A stretch of DNA of 64,000 nt from Octopus vulgaris (GCA_951406725.2 OX597819.1:85064001-85128000); one strand, 5' to 3'; positions 14,501 to 28,337 are shown, counted from the stretch's first letter. Notes: a model not told the origin generated them from the sequence alone. Program-made: numbers and translations.

Positions 14501-14677
14501 ATCTCTGAGGCTCATAGAATTGATAGATGTAGGTTAGAGACTTTTCCCTGTAGGTTAGAGACTTTTCCTTTTCGCTGTACATGAGGGGCCTGGCAATAAA
14601 GTTTCGACCCAAAAGACCAGGGATTTATACGCAGATAACACAGCTCGGAAGTTCTTATGTCGGACACGGTCAAATTA

Positions 14678-16848
14678 CACTGGTCAACAAGTATTTTTCA
14701 TCAAGTATTTTTCATAATTCTGATTTTCAAGATGAGAAAGTTTATTGGTTTTAGCTCATGCATTATATAGAAATTCCAATTAATGACGTGTATGCATGTA
14801 TTTAATTTACATCATGGAAACATACCTTTAAAATAAACTACATTATTCATTGCTGCATAGTTCAGATGCAGTATTTCACTAGCTTAAATTAACCAATAAA
14901 GTTTTGTCTGATAAAATAGGTATTTCAACATCTCAAATTGTCCAGTCATAATTGGTCTGATGAAATATTTCATCATCTCAAATTCAATATAAGTATAACC
15001 GTTTGTATCTATTTCCTTGCTTGTTTTACAGTGTTTACAATGTCAAGACGGTGTAGAAAAATCGTCCTGATGTGTTTTGTTATGTCTGTGGACAATTTAT
15101 TGTGAAAGCTCAAAAACGTACAATAACACCAGAGATAAAGACGATTTATAAGCTGTAGTTTGATTCTCCTCTTGGAGATCAGGACAAGTTATGGCCACCA
15201 CATTTTATCTGCTCAGCTTTAAAATTTATCAACTGGCTTTCGTGACTAGTTCAATAAGAAGAAGTCCATGCCTTTTGCCATTCCAATGATATGCAGGAAG
15301 CCGAAAGACCATTTTAATTAGTTATTTTTGCAAAGTAAATGTCACAGGATTTTCTATGAAGAATAAACACAAAATTATGTATCCTAATTTGGATTCTGCA
15401 ATGAGACCTGTGCCTCACAATGGAAGTCTGCCAATTCCAGTTTCACCAGATGATGGTGTTGAAACATCAGATGATGATACTGACTGTTACCATAGCACTG
15501 CTGCGAAAGATTACGTGGCTGATGACGATAGCTTTCAACCTCGGAAATTTTCCCAAGCTGAACTGAATAACCTTGTCAGAGACCTATCCCTATCAGAAGA
15601 TAAAGCAGCAACTGTTGGCATCAAGACAGGAGAAGTATCTGCTAGAGAACGGTGTTCATATAACTTATTTTCGGCAGAGAAATGTGGTTCTACAAACGTG
15701 TTTTTCTATTGAAGGCTTGCTTTGCTTTTGCAGTAACATCGATGGACTTTCCGAATGTTTATCATAAAATCATAATCCTACAGAGTGGCGTTTGTTTATG
15801 GACTCTTCAAAACGAAGTTTTGTACTTCCCCATAATGGTAATAATAATAATGGTAAGCTGTACTTCTCCATAATGGTAATTTGAAGCTCTCCATTTCTAT
15901 TGCACACTTCGTTCATCTTTATGAACCATATGAGAATATGGAGCTTTCCCTTCATGCCATTGCCTATGAAAGATACTCAGGGAAAATATGTGGAGATTTA
16001 AAAGTCATTGGAATGCAGTCAGGTTTCACAAAATACTGTTGTTTCTTGTGTTTTTGAGATAGTCGGGCAACCGACAGACATTATTTGGAATCAAACTGGC
16101 AGACAAGAACATCATACCAGCTAGGACTATCTAGCGTCAAGAACACACCTCTTGTAGATCCATCTAATGTCCACTTTGCACATAAAGCTTGAACTGATGA
16201 AAGAGTTTGTAACGACACTAGGGAAAAGAAATGTCAGAGGGCTTGAGTATATTGTAGAAAAGTTTCCCAAAATCACACAGGCGAAGTTGAAAGAGAGTAT
16301 CTTTGTCGGACCCCAAATTAGAGAAGTCCTCAAAGATGTCAAATTCAAGACAATGCTGGATGAACTGGAACTGCCTGCCTGGAATGCTTTCAACTGGATC
16401 TGTGAGAATTTCTTGGGCAACAAGGAGGCAATGGACTACAAAGATGGCATCAAGAATCTTCTGAAATGTTACTCAGCAATAGGTTGTCGCATATCCCCGA
16501 AAGGTCATTTCTTGGACTCCCATCTGGATTTCTTCGCAGATAATCTTTGAACAGTGTCTGATGAACACAGTGAAAGATTTCACAATTTTATTGTATATTC
16601 ACTCTTTGTAGAATGATAGTAATGATTTTAACTCTATAAATTCATTTACTTACTAAAAATATGCCCTTCTTTATCACGTTAATGATTTCATATATACAAA
16701 TATGTAAATAATTGCATGTATCTACTGAAAAACTGATGAGTGCTGCATACAAATGGAGTGAAAGTTTGAAATCAGCATGAAAAATTAGTCTAAAAAAGTT
16801 GGTTTCCATTCATAATGAGTATAATACATTTAATTTTGTTGACCAATG
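14678..16848 (+). mobile_element. Chapaev3-like (CMC) DNA transposon, near full length, inactivated
   Basis: TIRs CACTGGTCAACAA (14678) and TTGTTGACCAATG (ending 16848), with flanks TTA/ATA. The transposase pseudo-ORF starts at ATG 15040 and includes PDVFCYVCG, LGDQDKLWP, YPNLDSAMRPVPH, ICGDLKVIG, LHIKLELMKEFV, IFVGPQIR and HFLDSHLDFF. Confidence 0.8.
15040..16600 (+). pseudogene. Chapaev3-type transposase pseudogene
   Basis: ORF pieces 15356-15712, 15573-15767 and 16167-16550 are joined by frameshifts and stops. Confidence 0.8.
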
Positions 16849-16951
16849 ATATCAAGGGCAGTAACATTGTAATCATTCAAGTTTTCTCTCGGGCCATTCG
16901 ATCACATACCATTATAAGTATGCGATCAAATCAATTGGAATCGATATTATA

Positions 16952-18246
16952 CGAGGGGCGTTCAATAAGTAATGCCCCTGACCCACTTCCCATAGCAGTA
17001 GAGCAACGAAACTTGGCATAGTTATTAGTCTTTTTCTGCATAGGAACCATACTGAGTTACGCATTTCTCCCATCGTTTGATGCAGCTCTGGAGACCGTTT
17101 TTGTAGAACACCCCAGCTTGGTCCTCCAACCACGACGTGACTTCAGAAATCAAGGCTGCATCATCTGGGAAACGCTTTCCTTTCAAAAACAACTTCATGA
17201 CTGGGAAGAGGTGAAAATCAGAGGGTGCAAGGTCAGGAGAGTAGGTGATGGGAGAGGAGTTCATAGCCGCACGCCTGTGCCTCTGATCTGGCGACACGCA
17301 AGTTGTGGACCGGAGCGTTGTCCTGCAGGAGGAGGATGCCTTTGCTGATCTTGCCCCGCCTCTTGATTTTGATAGCTTCTCTTAATTTCCTCAAAAGTGA
17401 AGCATAATAGGCTCCTGTAATTGTAGTACCCTTTGCCAGGAAATCTGTCATCACTACTCCGTCCTGGTCCCAGAAGACTGTGAGCATGACCTTGCCAGCG
17501 AAGGGCTGCACCCTTGCCTTCTTTGGAGGAGGTGAGTCACGGTGCTTCCACTGCATTGACTGGGCTTTAGTCTCTGGATCATAGTGATGGACCCAGGTTT
17601 CATCCTGTGTAATCAGTCTTTTGAAAAAGTTTGACTCATCTTCTTGGCACATCTCCAAATTCATCCTCGAGCACTCGACGCGTTCTTGCTTCTGGAAAGG
17701 TGTGAGCAACCTGGGAATCCATCTAGCAGACACCTTTTGCATATGCAAATGGTCATGAATGATAGTTTCCACAGACCCGGTACTAATCTTGACCTGATGG
17801 GCTATTTGGCGAATTGTTATGCGTCGATCTTCCAAAATGGCAGCCTCAACTTGACGGACAGATGCCTCATCAATGGCAGAAGAGGGGCGACCAGATCTGG
17901 AAGCTGTTTCCACAGAGTTCCGACCATGTTTGAATTCACGATGCCAGCGTTTTACAAGGTCATATGATGGGGCATCATCACCATAAGTTACTTTCATTTC
18001 ATCAAAAGTCTGCATCCTGTGGTGTGCATCCTTTCAAATACAAAAACCAGATTACTGCTCGACACTCAACAGGCTCCATTTCACGCTTGACTCGGTTCAA
18101 ACACCTGTAAATCAGAAACCACAATTAGTTCAGAGCTGTAATTTGTCACTTAATCCATAGAGATATAAATAATTGCACATGCAAAATTTCAGCTAGATCA
18201 AACAACTGCAAGTGGGTCAGGGGCATTACTTATTGAACGTCCCTCG
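16952..18246 (-). mobile_element. Full-length mariner (DD34D), 1295 bp
   Basis: TA TSD at 16950-51 and 18247-48. The 37-bp TIR CGAGGGGCGTTCAATAAGTAATGCCCCTGACCCACTT has 1 mismatch. Motifs WIPRLL, TQDETW, LQDNAPVH and YSPDLAPSD are present. Confidence 0.96.
17025..18079 (-). pseudogene. Mariner transposase with two frameshifts
   Basis: ATG at 18079 (MEPVECRAVIWFLYLKG), a shift near 18015 into ORF 17233-18015, and a second shift near 17245 into the YSPDLAPSD frame. Confidence 0.9.
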
Positions 18247-19000
18247 TAAGTATTATTGATATACATCAACAATACATATACTATTAACTCCAGCGAGATA
18301 AAGTGTATAATCTTCTATATCATGATTTTCTAAAATGACACATCCAAAAGTGAATAAACTAGTCATTTATCTGATTTCTGAAGAACTATGCCAAAATCGT
18401 AGTATTCATCTCATTCTCAAGACTAAGAGCAACTTAAAAAAAAACGAAGTGATTTAAAACAAGAATCGAACAAACTATTAGAAAATAGCTCATCGGCTGC
18501 TCACCACCTACTCTAGTGATTATCATTTACTCTATATTACATGAAAAGAAACATTAATGGTTTCATATATTAATGTACACGAAAACGTCTAAATGCTGGC
18601 ACATTGTCAAAAGCTATTATTGAAAGCTTTACATGAAAAGAATATATTTTCCTAATTAAGTTAAATTTAGTATTTGTTAACCTAGACGGCAAATGCAATT
18701 ATTATTTTTTTTTGTATTAGCACGTTTCATTTGGTTTCAAATGCGAACACGAATTCAGTGTTTAGTTCTAGATTAGCGAAAATAAAATTTAATTAACGAA
18801 GATGTAGATCAACAAGCAATCTACATATAGTATTCTTTAATGGTATAATATCTGTTGTTAATAATGCATCGATTTTTATAGGAGGGAGGACGTAGCTTGG
18901 ATAGGCTAGGAAGATTTGGTTGAATTTAAAGACTATTATGGCAAGCAATCATTTATGTCTGGTGACTTTTGGATAACTATTTACATTTGAACACACACCG

Positions 19001-19083
<83 letters not shown>

Positions 19084-19512
19084 CACAGACATACATACAC
19101 ACACAGAGGCAAATACAAGCATAGTGAGACGCAGAAACAGATACACAAAAACAGATACAAATATATACATGTATACATACATTCAAACATACAACCACCC
19201 ATTTCCATTCAATTTAACGGTCTATATACATGCATACATTCATTCCAACATACACACACGCACACACTCACTCACACACACATACACACACGCATACACA
19301 TTCACACACACACACAAGTACACCACACGCGCACACATGATAGTATTCAATAGCGAGAATGTGTGCTTATCTGTAGATTAACTGTGCCACCAATGGTTTT
19401 ATGTGGAAAAACTTACCGAATTCTTCGAATGCTCCACTTAAAAATTGTAGTGGGACTAAAAGAGTATACATACATAATACATACATATATACATACATAC
19501 ATATATACATAC

Positions 19513-19647
<135 letters not shown>

Positions 19648-19687
19648 TAAGAGGTGCAGCAATGTCAAAGGAAGGCTAACTAGGAAG

Positions 19688-20365
19688 ATGGTTTTTGTAT
19701 GTGGCAGATGCTCAGGAACAATTAACACTGAAAATGCTCTGAGACCAACTTCCGTCACTTTCCAGGGAGAAAAGCTAGAAGTAGTTGATAGTTTCCGTTA
19801 CCTAGGTGACCAAGTCAGTAGCGGGGGCGGGTGCGCTGAAAGTATAACTGCTAGGGTAAGAAAAGCCTGGGCAAAGTTTAGAGAGCTCTTACTCCTGCTG
19901 GTGACAAAAGGCCTCTCGCTCAAAGTAAAAGGCAGACTGTATGATGCATGTGTACGTACAGCCATGCTACATGGTAGTGAAACTTGGGCTGTGACTGCTG
20001 AGGATTTGCGTAAGCTCGCAAGAAATGAAGCTAGTATGCTCCGATGGATGTGTAACGTCAGTGTTCATAATCGACAGAGTGTAAGTACCTTGAGAGAAAA
20101 GTTGAACCTAAGAAGCATCAGTTGTTGTGTACAAGAGAGACGTATGCGCTGGTATGGTCATGTGATGAGAATGGCTGAAGATAGTTGTGTGCGAAAGTGC
20201 CACACCCTGGCAGTTGAGGGGTCCTGTGGAAGAGGTAGACCCAGGAAAACCTGGGTCGAGGCGGTGAAGCACGACCTTCGAACTTTAGGTCTCACCAAGG
20301 AAATGACCAGTGACCGAGACCTTTGGAGGTATGCTGTGCGTGAGAAAACCCGGCAAGACCAGTGA
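19688..20365 (+). CDS. RTE ORF C-terminal fragment (post-RT domain), uninterrupted
   Basis: 225-aa ORF with RTE C-terminal motifs; 5'-truncated. Confidence 0.85.
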   Translation: MVFVCGRCSGTINTENALRPTSVTFQGEKLEVVDSFRYLGDQVSSGGGCAESITARVRKAWAKFRELLLLLVTKGLSLKVKGRLYDACVRTAMLHGSETWAVTAEDLRKLARNEASMLRWMCNVSVHNRQSVSTLREKLNLRSISCCVQERRMRWYGHVMRMAEDSCVRKCHTLAVEGSCGRGRPRKTWVEAVKHDLRTLGLTKEMTSDRDLWRYAVREKTRQDQ

Positions 20366-20413
20366 GAACAGTCAAAATCAAGATCAAACCAAATTGAGGT
20401 CGATCAACATCGG

Positions 20414-21060
20414 GGCCCCCGTGCAGGTGACACGTAAAAGCACCATCCGTTCGTAGCCGTTTGCCAGCCCTGTCTGGCCCCCGTGTCGGTGGCACGTAAA
20501 AGCACCATCCGTTCGTGTTCGTTGCCAGCCTGGCCTGGCCCCCGTGCCGGTGACACGTAAAAGCACCATCCGTTCGTGGCCGTTTGCCAGCCCTGTCTGG
20601 CCCCCATGTCGGTGACATGTAAAAGCACCATCCGTTCGTGGCCGTTTGCCAGCCCTGTCTGGCCCCCATGTCGGTGACATGTAAAAGCACCATCCGTTCG
20701 TGTCCGTTGCCAGCCTCGCCTGGCCCCCGTGCCGGTGACACGTAAAAGCACCATCCGTTCGTGGCCGTTTGCCAGCCCTGTCTGGCCCCCGTGTCGGTGG
20801 CATGTAAAAGCACCATCCGTTCGTGTCCGTTGCCAGCCTCGCCTGTCCCCCGTGCCGGTGACACGTAAAAGCACCATCCGTTTCGTGGCCGTTTGCCAGC
20901 TCTGTCTGGCCCCCGTGTTGGTGGCACGTAAACGCATCATCCGTTCGTGTCCGTTGCCAGCCTCGCCTGGCCCCGTGCCGGTGACACGTAAAAGCACCAT
21001 CCGTTCGTGGCCGTTTGCCAGCTCTGTCTGGCACCTGTGCGGGTGGCACGTAAAAGGCAC
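20414..21060 (+). repeat. GC-rich tandem array of about 10.5 units of 61-63 bp in the RTE 3' UTR
   Basis: Unit GGCCCCCGTGYCGGTGRCACGTAAAAGCACCATCCGTTCGTG..CGTT(T)GCCAGCC.....; starts at 20414, 20476, 20537, 20599, 20661, 20722, 20784, 20845, 20908, 20969 and 21030. Confidence 0.95.
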
Positions 21061-21402
21061 GCACTACACTCACGGAGTGGTTGGCGTTAGGAAGGGCATC
21101 CAGCCGTAGAAACACTGCCAGATCTGACTGGGCCTGATGAAGCCTTCCAGCTTCACAGACCCCAGTTGAACCGTCCAACCCATGCTAGCATGGAGAACGG
21201 ACGCTAAATGATGATGATGATGATGATGATATATATATGTATATATATATAAATATATGTGCACACACGCATATATATATGCATGCATAATTAAGTAGTG
21301 GGATCAAAAAGATCTTGACAATTAACTTTGTAGCACGTCTACGTATATCAGGCTAACAGGGTGATTCGAACGAATGCATATATATTCCCCATACGCATCT
21401 GA

Positions 21403-21488
<86 letters not shown>

Positions 21489-21492
21489 TTTA

Positions 21493-22752
21493 CAGGGTGT
21501 CCGAGAAGTCATGCACCATCCTGGTTTTTAAAAAATATACCTTTATTGATTTCAAAAACACTTTATTGAAATTAATTACAATAAATGCTCAAATTGAGCA
21601 TCCTCTGCAATGAAACATGCATCACTTCTCTTCATGAAACTATCTGTAACACTCTTGAGGATCGAATGAGTGATTTTCTTGGCACTCAGTTGTTATTGCA
21701 TCCTTCAAATCATCAAGAGTGCGTGGACGATTCTGGTACACAACAGATTTGAGATATCCCCAAAGCAAATAGTCAAGGGAAGTAAGATCTGGAGATCGGG
21801 TTGGCCACTCCACGGAACCTCTCCGTCCAATCCATCTGTTGAGAAAAATCTGGTTTAAGTAGTTACACACGCAATTAGCAAAGTGTGCTGGGGCTCCATC
21901 CTGCTGAAAAAATAAGTTTTTTGATCGAACTATGGAAGCATCCTCAAGGTAGTTAAACAAGAAGGTCTGCAGGAGCTCTAAATAAATTTCACCGGTGACA
22001 TTATCATTAAAAAAGTAAGGAACAATGAACCCCACCCCCAGATTCCGGCCCAGACCATGATCCTCGGGTTGTTCTGATGGTGTCCCTCCTCATTCCAATG
22101 TGGATTGTTGTCTGATCAATAGCACATATTGTGCCGGTTTACTTGGCCGTTCAAATGAAAAATGGCTTCATCACTGAAGAATATTGAAGAATCTCTATGT
22201 GCGCGAATACATTCACAGAATTCCAATCGTCTATCTTTGTCATCACCATGAAGAGCTTGCACAAGATGCACTTTGTACGGATGAAATTTGTGAGTCTTGA
22301 GAATACGATGAACTGAAGATTTGCTAATGTTTAGCTCCTGGCTAACTCTTCTGACTAATTTCACAGGACTACTAACAACTTTTACCAAAACAGTAGTGGA
22401 TGTTTCTTCATCAGTTACACTCTTTGGTCGCCCATATCTCTTACAGTCAGCAACTGAGCCAGTTTTGGAAACGTTTGATTAAATGACAGACAGTAGTATG
22501 GCTCAATGGTTCTCGCTCAGGGTGTTTGCGGTTGAATTCTTCAGCTACTGAGAGGCGTGTTGCCCCGTCTCTTCGAAACATGAAAACAATTTGAACTCTT
22601 TCTTGTACTCTTAGTTTATTAGCCATAATTCAATCTGAAAGATAGAAACGACAGAAAATATTGAATAAAATAAAATAAATTAGAAAAATAAAATAAATTG
22701 CATCAATTATTTTTAATGAAAACCAGAATGGTGCGTGACTTCTGGGGCACCT

Positions 22753-22754
<2 letters not shown>
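21493..22754 (-). mobile_element. Tc1/mariner DD41D (rosa/Visitor-type) element, decayed
   Basis: TA|CAGGGTGTCCGAGAAGTCATGCACCATCCTGGTTTT pairs with right-end AAAACCAGAATGGTGCGTGACTTCTGGGGCACCTTG. Motifs FSDEAIFHLNG and QQDGAPAH...WPTRSPDLTSLD have 41 residues between the catalytic Ds (counted). ATG near 22626. Confidence 0.9.
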
Positions 22755-22830
<76 letters not shown>

Positions 22831-22930
22831 CATATTCATACATACACAGACACACACACACACATATATATACATATACATATATACACATGTATGTATA
22901 TATATATATATATATATACACATACACACA

Positions 22931-22964
<34 letters not shown>

Positions 22965-24153
22965 CATGCATACATATATACATACACACACACATACTCA
23001 CACATGTATATATATTCCATTTAATGTGCATCGCATTACCCGATGTAATTCTTCTTTTCGGTTTGATAGCCACCCATCATCTTTCCAGTACAACGACAAA
23101 AGTAAACCCACCAAGGTGGCTAGCCACATATGGGGTTTGAAGACTGACTCTACACCACGTACAATCAAGTGAAGAATTGTAGAATAATCCATAGCTTATG
23201 TTAATGGATCTACGAAATGCAGCTAGTATGCAGCTGAAAGATCACATATTATTTTTATACTTAAGAATTCCGTCGCACTACGAGTCCCAGATCAGAAATT
23301 TGCAGAAAATGCCAACATATGGACAAATGGCGCACTGGAGGACACCACCTTCTCTGGATTGAGTAGTTGTCTCGCAGACTTGTGAATCACTCTCCATTGA
23401 ATTATTCTGCAACAGTTAGCTTTATTATGACTTTATGGTCAAAGAGGGTATAAATAACATTTTCTCTTTTCTTTTTCTGCTTTTTCACCCATTCATTTTC
23501 TGCACCTACATTCTTCTCGTTTTATCTCGTGATTCGTCTTGTTCCAGTGTCCTAATTTGTGAATTGAGTAGATCACATGCTCAGAGCCTGAACATTACAG
23601 GAGGCGTGTTATTACAAAACTGCCTAGAATCGCCTCATGAAACTATTAATAACTCATATTCTTATAATGTGTATAATAAATGATATTTATCTCTCACTGG
23701 ATAGAGTAATTTTTTTTATCTTACCGTAGAGGAAAAGTAAACTACATATATATATATATATTGTTATATTTCGGAATGGTCATTTTGCCAGTTTAGCCAA
23801 TAAAATCACACGCACTATATATTTGGTGTTACTTTGCTTCAGTGCTATTTATTTTTTACATTAATCTTAATCTTATTTCGGCCAGAGTTCTTTCGTCACA
23901 CTCCTGTGACCGCATCAGTGGTCCTTTGTTTTCTTCTTTCTTATTTGTGTCTCTCCTTACTAACCGTCAGCCATTTTGTATTTCTATTGTATGTTTTCAT
24001 TTGCGCATGCTTATAACTCTATGTGCGTCTATGTTTATTTAGTATGTGTGTGTGGGGGATGCCTGTAATATTTGTATCTTCTGTTTATATACGTTCATGT
24101 AATTTGTTTTTGCTGTTTTTGTTTATTCTTATTTTGTTCATGTGTTTACATCC

Positions 24154-26208
24154 AGGCAATGCAACCTCATATCGCCAATACAAAAATATCAACTTTACAG
24201 GCGCATGAGGAGAGAGAAAAGGTCCTCAACGCCCACATGATGATGTGGACAATTGTTCTGGGACCCCAGAAACGTACAGCAAATAATTTCCAAGCCTGGA
24301 ACAATATCCCGGCAGTGTATGGACTTCGCAAGGACCATAAAGTAACCACTGACCCTATAGCAGGACCACCAACAAGACCAGTCTGTGGAGCGAATATCGC
24401 TAGCAATTACAGAATCTCCTACTTCCTCTCAATGATCATACGCCCTATAATCCGGATGTCACCTGATGTTTGTGACAGCACAGAAAATCTCCTCAGCAGG
24501 ATCAATGACTGTAACAACACTTGTGACCTGACAGGATGTATGGTGGGTAGCATGGATGTGGTATCCCTATACCCATCGATCGACGTAGATTTTGCGGTGG
24601 AGAAGTGCGTGGAGATGATCAACGAGAGCCTGGTGGAGTTCCGTAATGTCAACACAGAGGAACTGGGCCTCCTACTTAGACTGACATGTAACAATGAATA
24701 CCTAGATAAACATAATCTTAGTAGTTTCTGCCCCAGTAGATGTTTAAGAGGTAGACCGCCCACAATTACTTCTATGGCTAGGAAGACACATATAGAAATA
24801 TGGTGCGGATGGACCAGAGCCACACGGAGCTCCGCAAATGTCCCTCAGGTAAAGAAAATGATCGCACATGCACTAGGAGCTAGTATAAGAGTTACCCTAA
24901 AAGGCCACACGTTTAAGTTTAACAATAAAATATATGCCCGCCCAGGACGAGGGGGTAGCCACCGGCGTTAGTATCGCTGGTGATGTGGCCAACCTTTTCA
25001 TGGTATGGTGGGACAGAAGGCTTAAAGAACGCCTAGCACAGAACTCCATACTCGTAAACATGTACTCTCGCTATGTTGATGATATCAACATAGTGGTAAA
25101 AGCATCCCCACAAGAGAGTACTGTTGATATAGTAATAGAAACTAATACTATGGAGAGCATCCAGCAAATAGCTAACTCCATCCACCAGAGTATTAAGGTC
25201 ACAATAGACTACCCCACTAAACACCCCAACCATAGACTACCAGTACTAGACACTGAACTCTGGCTAGAAATTGTGAATAATAAAACCCAAATCCTTCATT
25301 CATACTATGCCAAACCTATGGCCTCAAAATACTTGATCCACCGGAACTCAGCCATTGCGGACAATGCCAAATTCAATATTTTGATGGTAGACCTCGTCAG
25401 AATAATGAGAAATGTGTCATGCACGTGCGAGCCTACAGAATTAAAGAGACACATACAATATTTCATTCACCGCATGCAGTTCTCAGGTTACAGCCATAAA
25501 GAAAGGATCAGAGTATACAAAGGAACCATGAAGAAATTTGATAATATATTATGTAATGATAGGAATGGGATTTGCCCACTCTATAGGAACAAGTCATGGA
25601 ACACTAGAGAAAGGACAAAAAAGAAAATAGGGAAGGCCAACTCTTGGTATGATAGCCATAAATACCAGAGTGTCATGTTCGTTGACATCACCCCTGGAGG
25701 TGAACTGGAGTACCGCTTTAGAAGGACCCTAGACAAACTTAAGCTAAGGATTAAGGTTGTTGAAAAGCCAGGCAACCCTATCAAATCTATAATTGGTAGA
25801 ACCTATCCTTTTAGTAGAACCCCCTGTACGGATAAGTACTGTACTGTATGTAGATTTAGCCCACAAACTAACTGTAAAGCCAGAAATATAGTCTATAGTA
25901 TAAGATGTATAGAGGGACGATGCAGTAACAAGACAACGACATACGTAGGGGAAACGGCAAGAAGCATAGGAGAGCGGGTAAATGAAAATTGGAGACAACT
26001 CAAGGAAGGTAAAAGCTCATCGATTCTGTACCAACACGCCGAACAGGAACACGGGGGATCAATCAACAACATAGAAATTAAAATAATGTCCACACATAGA
26101 ACAGATGCAACAATCAGACAAATTACAGAAGCTACACACATAATAGAAAATAAACCTAGCCTGAATCGAAAACTAGAATGGAACACTAGCACACACCACA
26201 ACATATGA
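24154..26208 (+). pseudogene. PLE RT-endonuclease ORF, one frameshift
   Basis: ORFs 24072-24971 and 24934-26208 join if the 4-bp duplication GCCCGCCC near 24936 is collapsed, giving KIYAQDEGVATG. Confidence 0.88.
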
Positions 26209-26632
26209 CGGTAGAGGACCCCGATAACATAATAAATACACAGATAAATAAACAAATAGAAATAAATAACTATATTATTATTATTATTATTTTTATTTTT
26301 TACTTTTATTTTTTTATTTTTTTATTAAAAAAATTTTTTTTGGATTTATTATTATTATTATTACTAGTATTGTTGTTATACATACATATGTAATGATAAT
26401 AATAAAGGGATGTAAACACATGAACAAAATAAGAATAAACAAAAACAACAAAAACAAATTACATGAACGTATATAAACCGAAGATACAAATATTACAGGG
26501 ATCCCCCCACACACTAAATAAACATAGACGCACATAGAGTTATAAGCATGCGCAAATGAAGACACACAATAGAAATACAAAATGGCTGACGGTTAGTAAG
26601 GAGAGACACAAATAAGAAAGAAGAAAACAAAG

Positions 26633-26676
26633 GACCACTGATGCGGTCACAGGAGTGTGACGAAAGAACTCTGGCC
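26633..26676 (+). ncRNA. Variant minimal hammerhead in the PLE pLTR (mirror copy at 23880-23923, minus)
   Basis: GACCA-CTGATGC-G-GTCACA ggag TGTGAC-GAAA-GAAC-TC^-TGGCC; the core has C in place of A9. Confidence 0.6.
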
Positions 26677-26869
26677 GAAATTAGATTAAGATTAATGTAA
26701 AAAATAAATAACACTGAAGCAAAGTAACACCAAATATATAGTGCGTGTGATTTTATTGGCTAAACTGGCAAAATGACCATTCCGAAATATAACAATATCT
26801 GTTTCAACACACGACTTCACATAAAAAATCTTGCACAACAAATATATAAACGTATATATATATACATAT

Positions 26870-26938
<69 letters not shown>

Positions 26939-26954
26939 CATATATATATACATA

Positions 26955-28222
26955 CAGGGTTTGGACAAAATAATAGAAGCACCTTAAAATTTCAAACAAA
27001 TTTATCTTAATATGGGGTAGGACCGCTTTTGGTAGTAATTTCAGCTTGAATTCTATGGGGTATGGACTCGTACAAACTTTGAATTGTTTCTAAAGGAATT
27101 TTTTCCATTCTTTAGCTAAAATAGTCTCCAATTCTTGTAGTGATGATGGTGGAGGATATCGCCTCCTTACTTGTTTTTCTAAAATGCACCATAAATGTTC
27201 AATAATATTGAGGTCTGGAAACCAGATAAGATGTTCAATTTCACTAGAATGTTCCTCGTTCCATTCAGTTACAACTTTAGCTGTGTGAATTGGAGCATTA
27301 TCATCCTGAAAGATTGTGATTTCCCCCTGGAAACAGTTCCGCAATCATAGGATGAATTTGATCAGGTAAAATGCTTAAATAGTCTTGACTATTAATTCTA
27401 CCATAAAGGGAAACCATTGGGCCGGTGGATTTCCAAGATATAGCCACCCCACCCCAGATCATCACAGATCCTCCTCCATATTTAACAGCTGGAAGAGGCA
27501 GTCTGGGTCAAATGTTTCTGTAGGCTGTCTCCACACGTATACTCGGTCGGTGGTCGGAAATAAGGCAAAATTTGACGCGTCCGTGAAAATAACATTCTTC
27601 CACTGATCTAGGGACCAATTCTATAGGTTTTTACTCCACTTTAAACGATCTGCAACGTTTGTTTTTGAAATATTGGTTTTCTGATTGCAATCCTCCCGTG
27701 AAATCCGGCTTTGTGCAGCTCCCGGCGAACAGTTATTGTGGAAACTGGGTTCTCTAGGTGGTCATTAAGCTCTGCAGTAATTTTGCGAGCTGTACTTTTG
27801 TGATCCTTTCTAACAATTCGCGTAAGAGTCCGACGGTCCTTATCTGAAAGTTTTGGTTTTCTTCCAGGGTTTTGTTTTGACGAGGAGGTTTTTCCCTCTT
27901 TTTCAAAGGCTGTCATTACTTTCGAGACAGTACCTCTTGATACACCAAATATTTCGGCTGTTTTCGTTACGCTAGCGCCTGCCATACGAGCACCAACAAT
28001 TTGACTTCTTTGAAAGTCCGATAAATCTGTCATTTTAATGAACTTCAATTACCTTTTTCTGATGATATCTGAAAAGAATCAGCAATTTTGGCAAAACATA
28101 TTAAGCAACACTAATAATAAAATCAAAAGCATAAAAATAGACAAGCTTTTGACGGTTTTAGAGATATTTCAAAATTATGATGCTATGATGCTAGGTGTTT
28201 CCATTATTTTATCCAACCCCTG
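26955..28222 (-). mobile_element. Tc1-family transposon, decayed, full length
   Basis: TA|CAGGGTTTGGACAAAATAATAGAAGCACC ... GGTGTTTCCATTATTTTATCCAACCCCTG|TA. Protein pieces MTDLSDFQRSQIVGARMAG, GRKPKL, QDDNAPIH and PDLNIIEHLW. Confidence 0.92.
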
Positions 28223-28223
28223 T

Positions 28224-28256
<33 letters not shown>

Positions 28257-28337
28257 CACACACGTACAAACACATACACAAACACACACACAAACACGCA
28301 CATGCATACACACACATATACATATATGTATATATAT

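Larger units (their letters stand above)
23758..26855 (+). mobile_element. Penelope-like element (RT + GIY-YIG), 5'-truncated, with an inverted pLTR upstream; Naiad-like motifs
   Basis: Inverted repeats of about 390 bp at 23758-24153 and 26408-26798. RT motifs YGLRKDHK, TRPVCGA, SMDVVSLYPSI and YSRYVDD; a CxxxxCxxC..C linker; NIVYSIRC...YVGETARS (GIY-YIG). Confidence 0.92.

Noticed and set aside
20414-21060. CRISPR-like look of the ~61-bp array and its long overlapping ORFs
   Set aside because: The 'spacers' are just two recurring variants, there are no cas genes, and the context is a eukaryotic LINE 3' UTR. The ORFs are by-products of a stop-poor GC-rich repeat.
26203-26260. Possible SECIS element or selenocysteine recoding, as reported for some Naiad PLEs
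   Set aside because: There is no in-frame TGA inside the ORF pieces, and I could not fold a SECIS helix after the ATGA at the stop codon.
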